Of a stretch of DNA of 64,000 bases, positions 36,901-49,900 are shown in pieces. The notes under the pieces are model-generated. The model searched no databases. It had not been told where the DNA came from and was given only the letters and a program-made list of their open reading frames with translations. Origin of the DNA: Selaginella moellendorffii (taxonomy: Eukaryota > Plantae > Lycopodiophyta); the NCBI RefSeq assembly GCF_000143415.4, contig NW_003314291.1, forward strand, positions 1,716,517 through 1,780,516, in the 5' to 3' direction. Both the position numbers and the translations under genes were made by a program. Within the stretch, counting starts at the first letter, position 1, and the number at the start of each line of letters is the position of its first letter.

Positions 36901-37578
36901 CGTGAGCTGAGAGACGTATGTGAGCAGCTTACCCCTCCACCAGCAGCTGGAGGAGCCCAAAACAGAACAAGGCAGCTGGAGATGAGGATCAGGAGAACGC
37001 TGAAACCCGCAAATCCAAGGAAGGACAGAATGAGGCTCCCCTCCACTGTTTTCTGAGCAAATGATTTCTGGCGGCCATGGAAAAGAAACGACAACAGGTG
37101 AGAGCTACGAGTGCAGTCGCGAGTGTTAACCTTCTCCGTGACTAGGAACTCCTGAGACGATTCGATCACGTACGCGATCAAGCCTGAAATCATGGCAAGT
37201 TGAGGTATGGCATTCGATTCGTCCACACACATACCCACGAGAACGCCGATGCAAATCGTGATGCTCCACTTGGCCAACGTCGCCCCCGTGTAGCTGTGCT
37301 GCTGAGATAAGACAATAAGACGAGAGGGGGTTTCTTTACCCGTAGAGGCGCCGATTTTGCTTGATCGTGGTTGTCTTGGCGTGGACGACGCTAAAGACTG
37401 GATCGTAGTCGAGGCTCTCGATCCCCAGCTCATTGTTCAAGGTCTCGGGCAGGGCGGTGGCGGCAGCAGCTGCAGCACCAGGAGGGGAAGGATCGAGTGC
37501 CTCCGGATCCCATGAGCTCGCGTCCGACTCACCCGTGAGCAGGGGCGCTCTGATCTCCTCCTCCTCCTCCTCCGCCAT
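33931..37578 (-). CDS. CLC anion channel/antiporter (CLC-6/7 / plant CLC-a-d-like branch) with C-terminal CBS domains, multi-exon
   Basis: [67 protein letters not shown]. Confidence 0.93.
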
Positions 37579-37798
37579 AGCCACTTGCACCCTAAGTCCG
37601 CGAGCGCATATTCGCGTTTTTTTAAAGCCATGTCAAAGGGGGTTTAAAGTGGCCAATAAGAAGTGTCGTGTTGGGTTGGGGGCAAAGGCGCAACAGTGGT
37701 GAGACTGACTGTGGAGTGGAGCGGAGCGGAGGAAATGGGGGGGAGGGGTTTTTAGGGTTCCTGGAGACACGCGCACGCCCAGGCCAAGGAAGCAGGGT

Positions 37799-39287
<1,489 letters not shown>

Positions 39288-39517
39288 CTTCCATGGTTGG
39301 AGCATCATAGCTAGGGGAAGGGTAGAAACCATTTTCTTGTGTCCCGGTGGCGGCTGGCTGGCTGGCTGTATATTGGATGTCATGTATGCTATGTTAGTGA
39401 TCACAATAATAAAGAGAGACAAGGGAACTTGCAAGGGTTTTAGGTCAAGAGCTGCTCCGGCCGATGGGGGGATGTGGTAGCTAGCTGCGCATTCCTTTTG
39501 GCGACGGGAGGCACTGG

Positions 39518-40012
39518 ATGGCGCTTCCAGGCTTCTTTCGGAAGGTGCTCAACCACTTGGGATTCAAGAAGGAGGGCGAAGATGGGAGGAGGCGAGATGG
39601 ATTTAGCAGGGGGGGAGGGGGCGGAGGAGGAGGAGGATTCAGCACCAGGATGGCGATGCCAGCCCCCGGGAGCACAAGTGACGGAGGAGGCCCAGTGGTG
39701 TCGCAATGCAATTATGGCAATGGTGGAGTCCAGGTTCGTTTCGCTCTCCCTACCTGGGACTTAATCTCGAGTGGATGAAAATAAAGACATGTAACGCAGG
39801 GACTGAGGTGGTATTCGCAGCTCCTCCGAGCGGACGAGGACGGAGACGTTGCTCAGGAGTTTCTGCAAGAATCACGCGATCACAGGAAGCGGTTGAGACT
39901 GGAACTAGTCGACACGCGCACAAAACCGGTCAAGCTCAAGGGACCTTTGTGTGCTCTCGACGGGAGTGTACATCAGTTTGTGGAATTAGCTGGAGAAATC
40001 TACTGGGCCTGA
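39518..40012 (+). CDS. Small conserved uncharacterised plant protein, 2 exons
   Basis: FFRKVLNHLGF...GNGGVQ|GLRWYSQLLRADEDGDVAQEFL, a motif I recall from an uncharacterised plant family. A clean GT-AG intron joins the frames. Confidence 0.7.
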
Positions 40013-40037
40013 GTCGGGGAGACGATTCATATGTCCC

Positions 40038-40043
<6 letters not shown>

Positions 40044-40080
<37 letters not shown>
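40044..40080. repeat. (CT)n microsatellite between two convergent stop codons
   Basis: Seen directly. Confidence 0.95.
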
Positions 40081-40084
<4 letters not shown>

Positions 40085-40121
40085 TCAGTCACGTTACTAG
40101 AGCTAGACAACAGAGACTGGA

Positions 40122-41599
40122 TCAGCAGTCGTATTCCCCAGGCCCCGGCAGTGTCTCGTACACCCTCTTGAATCGCTTGGCGCCGCTGAAGGAGTAGCTC
40201 GGAGGCGACACCTTCTTCGAGTTTGGCTGTTGGCCCTGCATGCAGCCGCGGCAAGTCAGTCAGTGTGGAGTTTGGGTATAGCCCTCACCAAGGATGATAT
40301 GAGCTTGATATTCACAGCCGGTCCTGGTGACTCCAAGCCGACGTTGCCTCTCTCGTGCTCCACAGATATGAAAATCTGACAAAAGCTGTCACCAGGTGAT
40401 TGTTAGTTATCTCCACTTACCTTCTCCCGCTGTTCTCGTCGGGAGTGTGTGAAAGAGATGACAGGTTGATTGAGCCTGCTCGACTGGGGCTGCTTCCCGA
40501 TTGCGGCCACACTTTTATACTCTCCTGCTCCGGGCGTCGCTGTGATTGCCGAGATCTTGCCATGCTGCCACGGTGAATAATTCATGAATAACAACGACAA
40601 CTCTTGTTCTTTACCGACCTTGAAGCGCTTGTCCATGGGGAACTTGATGTGTGGAGCGTTCCTGTTCTCCGAGTGCATCTGGTCACCAATGGATGACCTC
40701 AGGTCACACACCACCGGTCCTGGGGACTCTATTCCGTACAAGCTCTTTGTTGACAAACAAAGCACGCTCTCAGAGTTGTGAGCTTTCAGGGTTGCAGGCT
40801 CGTTTTACCTTGTTGAAGTCTTGACTCAGGTACACTTTCTGCTGCTGCTTCCTTGTCGCGGAACCGATGACTGCCTTCTCCGGCGACTTTTGGTACGAGA
40901 GCACCTGCACGTAACACCAAGTGGCTTCCGTGAGCCAGACCATACTGACCCGCAGCAGCTCACCTGGTCTCCGAAAGACGATGCCTTTTCGTAAGCTCCG
41001 GGCCCGGGTGCGTCTCCTCCTTTGAACTTCTAAAGCATTCAAGAGCGAGGATCCGAAACTCTTTTGTGTTGGTTCAAAGCGAGCATTTACCGTGAAGCGT
41101 CTTGCCAAGGGGAACGCAACTTCTGCGGGGTTCTGGTAGTCCGACTTGACTTGCTTCCCGATGGAGGGAACTAGCTCGTATGCAGGCCCTGTCTCCACAA
41201 ATGCAATCATGAGATGATGAGCTGTCGGCATGCATGATTTCATACCTGGGCTCAGCCCCGGAGTCAGTTTTGAAATCTCGGCATCGATGTAGAGCTGCCA
41301 TGTGACCATGACCATGACAAGGGAAATGTTTGAGAGTGGGTGATGTTGGTTATGGAAGAGTGCGCCCAACCTTCTCCATTCCAATGCGACATCCTCGCCC
41401 AAATCGCACCGATGGCTCTGTGAGCCTGGAGGAAAGAATCTGCAGAGAGAGCACACACGTTAACGCAGGGTGTGTAGCTGTTGGCCACCTGAGGTCCAAA
41501 TGTGGACTTTGTAAATCGACGCCTGGCCACGGGGGGCTTGATGTCAATAACGGGGGGCTGCTCGCCTGCCAAGACGCTGGGTCCCTTGCTGCCCCCCAT
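40122..41599 (-). CDS. SHIPPO-1/ODF3/STPG-type PGP-repeat protein (sperm tail/axonemal), multi-exon
   Basis: Repeats SPG/TGPAY..SIGKQ..S...P...F, ESPGP..SSIGDQ and TPGAGEY..AIGKQ. The last exon reads PSYSFSGAKRF...LPGPGEYDC*. Confidence 0.75.
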
Positions 41600-41723
41600 T
41601 CCATGCTTCACATTCAGCTTCGCATGACTTGCCGACGACCAATCGCCTGCTTCGCCTGGGCGTTAGGGCTAATGTGGATAGTGCCTAGGGAATATCCCGC
41701 CGGCCGAAGCTAGGGTTAGGGCA

Positions 41724-42509
41724 ATGGCGGAGCACGAGGAGGAGGAGGAGGAGGAGGAGCAGCCGCTGGAGGAGGCCCGCAGGGATGCAGTGTACGATGT
41801 GGATGGGCTGCGCGATAAGCTGGAAGACATTGCGTGGGATGGCGAGGTAGGGTGGATCCATTCCTTGTCCGTGTCCGTGCCCATGGACGAGGGCGGCGTC
41901 AGTGTGGAGGACGACCTGGCCCGAGAGATGTGCTTCTATACGCAGGCGCTGGAGGGCGCCCGCGAGGCGTATAGCCAGCTGCAGGAGCTGGGCGCTCCGT
42001 TTCTCCGCCCCAGCGACTACTACGCGGAGATGGTCAAGTCGGACACTCACATGCTCAAGGTCAAGGACCGGCTGCTGAGCGACAAGAAGCAGATCGAGGA
42101 GGAGCAGGAGAGGCGCAAGGCGCGGGAGGCCAAGAAGTATGCCAAGGAGGTGCAGGCCGAGAAGATGAAGGAGCGGGCCAGGCAGAAGAAGCACGACTTT
42201 GAGAGCGTGAAAAAGTGGCGAAAGATGCGCAAGGACAGCGACTTCACGCAAGGGGAGGACGACTTTCCTGTGGATGCTCCAGATGCCAAGCCAAAACGCA
42301 ACGCGGCTGCTCCATGGGACAGGTCCGGAGGGAAGAAGCTCGCTGGTCACAAGAGCAAGAGCAGGCAGCAGAGGGATGCCAAGTTCGGCTATGGTGGTCG
42401 CAAGGGCCTGAGCAAGAAGAACACGGCCGACTCCGCAGCAGGTGGGTTGAAGCGATCTGCTAGGCCAAGCTCAGGTCCGCAGAGCTTCAAGAAGCAGAGG
42501 CGCAAGTAG
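41724..42509 (+). CDS. EBP2: rRNA-processing protein EBP2
   Basis: DDLAREMCFYTQAL, RPSDYYAEMVKSDTHM, RDAKFGYGGRK..KKNT. Confidence 0.95.
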   Translation: MAEHEEEEEEEEQPLEEARRDAVYDVDGLRDKLEDIAWDGEVGWIHSLSVSVPMDEGGVSVEDDLAREMCFYTQALEGAREAYSQLQELGAPFLRPSDYYAEMVKSDTHMLKVKDRLLSDKKQIEEEQERRKAREAKKYAKEVQAEKMKERARQKKHDFESVKKWRKMRKDSDFTQGEDDFPVDAPDAKPKRNAAAPWDRSGGKKLAGHKSKSRQQRDAKFGYGGRKGLSKKNTADSAAGGLKRSARPSSGPQSFKKQRRK

Positions 42510-42574
42510 TAGTAGTAACCAGTGAATGTTTCTTAGCAGGCACAACTTGTTGCTCATGCTCATGCTTTGGTGTG

Positions 42575-44440
42575 GTGGCCATGGGCGGTGACGAGCGCAT
42601 AATAACTTGTCCCTGCCTTGAGCAGCTCCTGGTGTCGGCCGCTCTCCACTATACGCCTGCTGTCCATGCCAAATATACAATCTTGGACGCTCGACAGCCG
42701 GTGCACAGCGCTGAGGGCGTCGCTGCTGGCGATGCCGTCGGACTCGGCATCCTGGCCTCGTCATCATGCCTCGCGCAATGGCAAATCCTCTGCCGCTGCC
42801 CACCGGACATCGGACACCCCCCTACGCCAATCTGAGTGTCGTAGCGCTGATGAAGTCGTGCGCGTTTGCCAGAGTTGCAGCCTCCACCACCTCCCCTCCC
42901 AAACAGAATGTTGTCCCGAATAGACACTCCAAACAGGGGCGCCTCCTGCCGCTCTCCAGCTCCACGGAACCAACCATGACTTGCTCCGGCCGCTCCCCTC
43001 GTGGATGGTCACTCTCAATCTCGGCCGCCGGCAGATAGTGGCAAGCATCCATTCCAGTGCGGCCCCTCCCCTCGTCAACTCGGGGATTATCCGAAGCTGA
43101 TCACCGTGTTAGTGAGAACCGTGATGGCTCTTAACACGGGCTCGAACGTGCCGCGCTTCACCAGCCCGATCCCAAACCACATGACCATGGCCCGTGTGGC
43201 ACTCCCTGCACCACGGACCGCTTGGTGCAGCCGCTGCTTGAGTGCTTTCATGCATGCCCAGCGACGCAACGGTGCGGATGCTGGATGCAGCTTCTGCAGC
43301 AATCTGGTTGGCGCTCTGATGTCTTATGTCTCCAACCAGTCCCTTGCTCCGGAACGCTTGCTGCAAGGGGCTCAGGCTCTGCACAAACAAACTGTAAGTA
43401 TCGCTCAGCATGCCCCTCACCGCTGTTGTATTGGCTGACAGGCGTGCTGTGAGCGCCGGGCCGCTGTTCGCAACCTACCTGCAGGAGCTCATGTCAACAA
43501 GGACATACATGCTGCCTTTCACACACAAACACACACCTCGAAACGCTACTTCCTGGAGCCTGCGGCTGATTATAACGCCTGACCGGTGCCCAAGGAAGTA
43601 CTGCAGCACGGTGCTGGCCAGGCTCCCAAGCCCAAAATCCATTCAGAGCAGGTTGGGGTGCAACTTTCGGGAGGGCAGAAACAAAGGCTGAGGGCCATCC
43701 AGCCATCCTTTTGTTAGACGAGGCCACCAGTGCTCTTGACACAGGGTCGGAGCTCTTGGTACACAAGGCGCTGGACAGTGCTATGCAGGGAGTGAAAACA
43801 AGTGTCATAGTCGCCCATCGTCTCTCCACCACAAGATCTTCGTCCTCCACCAGGCGCGTCTTGTAGAAAGCGGAACACACGATTAGCAGCTCTGACTCAG
43901 CGTACAGCTCTCTTGTGCAAAGCTTGAAACAGTCGCCCGTATCAGAGCTTCTTCTAAGCACTAATGTGAGCATGACGAGGCGTGTCACCAGGGCAAGACG
44001 TGGAGTTGAGCACTCTTGGGAAGCATGGGAGCTTGTGTCTCAGGCCTGGTCACGGCACTCTTTACCCACATCGTCATTCTTTTCGTCGGGCATGAGGAAG
44101 AAGACGCAAACACGCCTGCTGATGCCTGCGCTGACAAGGTGGTATAGACAGCCATGTACACACCTCCAGCGCCCAGCAGCAACGTAAGCCCACCAGTCGC
44201 CAGAGAGATGCTTATCCCCGTCACCAAGCTGCTCACACAAGCAGAGGACAAGAGCAGAACTAGCTCCCCAAGCCGAATACTTTCTCTCCCATGGCGTCGT
44301 GAATGAGGAGGGTGTCAGTGGAGGTGGCTGTGATCACGTCGCCACTCGTCACGCATTGGTCGAAATATCCCACCTCCTGGCTCAGGCAGCTCAGACGTTA
44401 TCTTCTCCCAGCATGTTGTCTCTAGATAAGGATTCAAAGT
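42575..44440 (-). pseudogene. Collapsed ABCB (P-glycoprotein) pseudogene; the NBD1 segment (~43440-43930) lies on the opposite strand
   Basis: Minus strand: QEVGYFD..DTLLIHDAMGEK, AEAASSIRTVAS, SIRDNILFG, MSGGQRQRI, VHRLSS..IVESGRHQELL. Plus strand: [26 protein letters not shown]. Many frameshifts and deletions. Confidence 0.85.
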
Positions 44441-44932
44441 CTCGGCATCGGAATGCTTAGAAATGTTACCGGTAGTCACGACGATCCCACCACACATGTA
44501 GCCGAACCCGAAGAGGCAGCCATTTTATTTTCACAGAAAGTATCCATCTATAAAAGCTAGGTCATATGCTCTTTTTTTTCTGGTCCTTCATTAACACTAT
44601 ATGAATGGATTTTTGTTCATTTTTATAATTTTTAATTTTGTTTAACAGTTATTTACTCCACTTTTTTGAGGAAGCAGCTGCACCCAGCCAATTGACCTTG
44701 CCGTCGCGAGGCCCCTTTCCTGTCTTGGCTGCGCATCTCGTATTTATTACTGTGGCGAGAGCGAGTCGACACACGAATATACTTGTTTCTGTTTGTCATT
44801 TGGCGCCGAAGGGATCGCAGCATAGTCGGAAATAAGACGCCTTACATAAAACAAGTACCAGCGTCCTTATTCACTAAGCGTGCGTACCTTGTACGAGCTT
44901 CTGGTTGTGTACAACCTTATTGCGCTCGGGAG

Positions 44933-46352
44933 CTACACAACTTTGCCTCTGAGAATCGCTTCCGCTTTTCGGACTTCTTTCAGGGGCCCAATCACAAAAA
45001 CCTGCATGCATGGACGTTCCTCTCCATCAATAAAAAAAAAAACCAGCAGACAGCTGAGCTTGCCTTGTCGGGAGGACCTTTGGTGCCACCTATGAAAATA
45101 TTGGCCCTGGATGTACACGAGCGCCTATCATAACTGGCAGCACAAGAAGGCTACGTACCTGCATGATTCCTTGATGGCAACAATGGACGCTCCTTTCCTA
45201 CCGATGATGCGCCCCATTCGACCTTTTGGAACATCTACGACTGCTAGCACCTCCTCCGGATCCTCATGGCGAGCGGCAAGCTCCTCTGACAAGGCAAGCA
45301 ACATGACTGAAAGCTTCGACACTGGTAGCAATCGCACGCACGTACCTGGTATAGCAGGAAGAGCAGGCCAGTTGGCAAACCCGTCATCCTCGCCACAGAA
45401 GCACCGGCAAAAGAGCGAGCTCCTGATGGACAGCTCCCACGCAGAGAAGGCGTCTAGCCTCTGCACCATGTTCCGGTGGATCCGAAGGAGAAAACGAACG
45501 TCATCCGCGGCAGCACGCTTCATCATGTTCGTTAGCGGCCTGTGCGTCCAAAACTCAGGATCCTGGCCAGCACATTTTCATAAGCGCAAGACAAGGTTGC
45601 GGAAGCAGCACGAGGATACCTTTCTCAACAAGCTCCGCACCTCATCTTTCTCGTCATATGCAACACCTACTTCCCAGAGGTTGGCTTCTTTTTCCAAGAC
45701 AGGTTACCTCTTACCGCAATACTTGGCATCTGCCAGCAGGTCCACAAATGAGATGCAGTCGTCTGGGATCCACTGCCTTCCTTGCTGCAGCTCAATCAGC
45801 GAGTGTGCGATCTACAAAGCCATGAGATGCACCAGGCAAGCAACAAGAGCAGCCGCTCACTTGAGTGTCGAAGACGTTGTTGAGCTTGATTCCATGCTGG
45901 AAGTACAATGCCTGTTGTTGTTCAAAGGGTGGTGGTGAGGGAGGCAGATACTCAGTGGACTCAGGGGGGGAGGCACACACTCTACCTCACTGTCGCGCTT
46001 GCAGTCGTGCACGACTTTGGTAACGTGTGGAGATTCGAGAGCAGGCTTGCAGGCTTGCATTAGCGCGTCCCCACCTTGGACTGCATCCACCAGGTAGATC
46101 GCATCCTGGAACGCGAGCTGCGGAGAAGAGCGATTCACAAGACGTAGCGATATCATGTGCGCTTACCTGCATAATGCACAGGCGGCCATGACGGGCGAGG
46201 TCGACGCCCTCGCAGTCGAGGCCAATGGCGAGGGCGTGGGCGGCATTGGGCTCCACAAAGCAGCGGGGCAACTGCAGCGGCAGCGTGACAAGGTGCACGG
46301 GCATCTCCTGCTCGGGGAGGTGCGCCGCGGCGGCCGCGACCCCGTCCCCCAT
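44933..46352 (-). CDS. 3'-5' exonuclease (EXD1/Egalitarian-like) plus KH-domain protein, multi-exon
   Basis: IGLDCEGVDLARHGRLCIMQ, HDCKRDSE, FDTQ, AAADDVRFL, KH motif GRIIGRKG. Confidence 0.9.
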
Positions 46353-46401
46353 TGGAGACAGGACTGTGCCCTAGGCTAGGTAGCTAGGGTTTTGGTTGGG
46401 G

Positions 46402-46803
46402 ATGAGGAGGGCGGTTTGCGCGGCGGCCAGGCTTGGTGCCACTGTGCGCAGCTTTGCCACCGGCAAGGAGGCGTACGCCAGCCGCGAGGAGGTGACCAAT
46501 CGAGTGCTCAACGTGGTGAAGAACTTCCCCAAGGTGAACATCCTCAAGGTGAGTTGTCATGTGTGGGAGGGAAACAAGGGGCTCACTCACGGCTTCTCCT
46601 TGCAGCTCTCGCCAACATCGCACTTCCAAAAGGACCTGGGGCTGGACAGCCTGGATGCTGTCGAAGTGGTGATGGCCCTCGAGGATGAATTCAAGATCGA
46701 GATCCCGGACAGCGACTCGGACAAGATCGTCTCCTGCGCCGATGCCATCGAGTACATCGCAACTCGGCCATCCAAGAAAGAGTCCCTCATCCATCACTTT
46801 TGA
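46402..46803 (+). CDS. Mitochondrial acyl carrier protein (one 57-nt intron, 46549-46605)
   Basis: Arg-rich presequence and [20 protein letters not shown] phosphopantetheine motif. Confidence 0.92.
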   Translation: MRRAVCAAARLGATVRSFATGKEAYASREEVTNRVLNVVKNFPKVNILKVSCHVWEGNKGLTHGFSLQLSPTSHFQKDLGLDSLDAVEVVMALEDEFKIEIPDSDSDKIVSCADAIEYIATRPSKKESLIHHF

Positions 46804-46904
46804 GATTGTAGCAAATGCAGATTAGGGGTTCGATTCCCCGAGAAGCAACATCATCTTCTGCTTTACTTTCTTGATGCGTCCCTCTACTACGCCCTAGCGT
46901 TGCG

Positions 46905-49900
46905 ATGCGAGTCGTGGTTGCGTGGGCAGATCACGCGGTAAGTCGTCCTCCAGCTGCCCGCCCACCGCTCTCACTTGCAATGCAGCCGGAGCACCTGCAA
47001 GCACCGAAGGCCGTCTGCTACGACTTGGCATTCAGGCCTGGTACCCACATACTAGCTACTATGCATAACTTGCTAACTCATGACCACGCCCCGTAGATGG
47101 AAGCCAGCTTATTGCTGCAGTGGGTAGCCGAGTCCTCATGTATGATGCAGCAACCGGCGACCTTTTGCATTCGCTCAAAGGTGGAAGGATGGACAAATCT
47201 CTCTTTATAATGTATGTTGCCACCCTTGCAGGCCACAAAGGTGCGGTCTACTGCCTTGCCTACTCTCGTGATGGGAAACGCTTTGCTTCGGGGGGTGCTG
47301 ACAAGACCATCATCGTGTGGACCTACAAGGCACGAGGCGCTGCTGCACAGCTCCTCCTCCTCACCTGTGGATGGTGTGTGTGTGTGTGTGTCACAGGCCG
47401 AAGGCATTCTCAAATACAGCCACGCCCACTCCATTCAGTGCCTTGCATATAACCCAGTCACCCAACAGGTGGGACGTCTGGACGCAAAAGCCCTGCCTGC
47501 TTGATTGAATTCCATTTGCGTGAAGCTTGCGAGTGGGACGGCCAGCGATTTCGGGATTTGGTCCCCTGAACAAAAGTCAGTCTTGAAACACACAACCGTG
47601 TCCAAGGTTGGTTTGGGTGGCTGAAAACGCTACTGACATCACATATGAATGTCAGGTGCTTTGTGCGTCCTGGACCAAGGATGGCCAGATCCTGGCTCTT
47701 GGCATGTTCACTGGCCACGTCTACCTCTGTGACAGATTCGGAAACGAACAAGTGAGCGGCTGTGCGGGATTGGATTCATCCATATTCACAAATGTTTGTC
47801 CCACCAGGCCATGATCGAAAAGTCTTCTCCAGTTTGGTCCCTGCAGTGGAACGTCCACAACAGAGCCTCTGATACCCTAGCAGTGGCCTGCTGGGATGGC
47901 ACACTCACATTCTTCAACATATCAGGCAAGCAGGTTTGCTTCGCTGGGTTTTTTGAAAAAGCATGCGTCTACCTGTGGTCTTGCCAGTTTGGGAGATGCA
48001 CAGACTTGGGCTTCGATCCCTGCAGCATCTCGTACACGTGTGATGGCAGGTATCTCTGCGTTGCTGGCTCTGGTCGAAAGGTGATGAGCTCCACTGGCTG
48101 CCCTTTCCGTCGACTACCCTGCCCTCCACTTGCAGGTAGAGCTTCTGTCCAACGAAGGCATCCAACTTACCACGATATGTGAGACGAGCGATTGGGTTTG
48201 GGCCGTTCGCTCTCACCCCAAGGCAGACTACGTTGCGGTGGGATGCAATGATGGGAGCATCTCTATGTTGCAGCTGGTGTTTTCAATGGTAATGCCATGT
48301 CCGAGTAAGGTCTTATATGTCTTGTATGCCTCAGGTTCACAGCTTATACCAAGAAAGGTACGCATACAGAGACGCACTGACCAGTGTCGTTGTCCAGAAC
48401 CTCATCTCCAAAGAAAAGGTTTAGCCTTCATCCCTCAACCCTTTGCTCACAACATTGTGCAATGCCAGGTCCGTATCAAGTGTCACGACTACGTGAAGAG
48501 AATTGCAGTTTATCAAGACAACCTGGCAATACAGATGCCTACCAAAATCATTGTGTATCAATTGCATGGAAGTGGCTTTGCTGCATCTGACTATCAAGTT
48601 CTCGCAAAGCTTAACGGACGGATGGAATGCAACCTACTGGTACTTACGTCACGCCACTTCATTCTGTGCCACGTAAGACTTGTCTCTAACCTTTCCTTCT
48701 CTTGCTGAGATGGCTTCGGATGGCAGGAAACGGAGCTGCAGCTTTATTCCTTGTCTGGGACGAAAGAACGTGAATGGTTTCTTGATTCCTCAATTCGCTA
48801 TATCAAGGTGAGCTCTCTTTTTCTTGTTGTCCCCTTTTATGGTCCGACAAGTACAGGTTTGTGGAGGACCGGTAGGAGGAGAAGGTTTGCTTGTTGGGAC
48901 GAAGGCTGGACAGGTTGTACGGCTGTGGATAAACAATGCCTTTGCAGTGAATTTGTACAGTCACAAAAATCCGGTCCGTTGCCTAGATCTATCTGCCAGC
49001 GGTTCTCGCCTTGCTATTGTTGATGAGATGTCAAACCTGGTCGTCTACGATCTCCAGGTACCGGTCAAAGGTTTACGTTCTGCTGCTTCATGCCTTTTAT
49101 CCCTTCCTCAGAGTAGGACAGTTTGTTACGAGGAAACATCCGCAAGCTCAGTGGCCTGGAACACAAAGCTGGACTCGATGCTTTGCTACTCTGGCAATGG
49201 CATGCTGAGCATCAAAACGGCAGACTTTCCAGTGCATCGGCAGAAGCTGCAGGGCAATGTTGTTGGCTTTCAGGGGTCAAGAATGTTTAGCCTTCAGAAC
49301 TTTACAATGCAGGTAAGGGAAATTCGTTTCTCCTTCAAATCTTCGGCAAATGTTGTTGGGTAGACTGTGGACGTTCCTCAATCAACAAGTATGCGGCAGT
49401 ATTTGCGGACAGGGGACTATCAGAACGCGTACCGTGTGGCTTGTATCGGAGTCACAGAGATGGACTGGCGGGAACTTGCACTTGAAGCTATGAAGGGTCA
49501 GGACTGGAAAGTAGCTCGGGCTGGCTTTATGCGTCTCAGAGACGTTCCTTTTCTCGATCTCCTAAGCCACGCAGCTGACTATCAACCTTGTCATCTTGCA
49601 GCTTGCAGATATGCGTTCCAGGTTTCTTTGCTGTTCTTATCTTCGTGGCTGTGGCTAACCTTGCCTAGCCAGGGAGATTTTGAAGCCGCTGCTCAAGCTT
49701 ACTGTGAATCTGGAGAAGTTGACAAAGCAATGGAAATGTATGCCGATTTACGGATGTTTGAAAAAGCTAAAGCACTAGCCGAATGCATCCAAAACAAGGA
49801 CCAGAACAACAAAGCGAACGTGAGAGACATAATTCAAAGGCAAGCCGAATGGACTGAAGAGACAAACGACCACAACACCGCAGTTGACATGTACATCATT

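Noticed and set aside
46824-46840. GGGG-TTCGATT-CCCC, a tRNA T-arm/B-box look-alike
   Set aside because: No acceptor stem, D arm or anticodon arm fits, so no tRNA is called.
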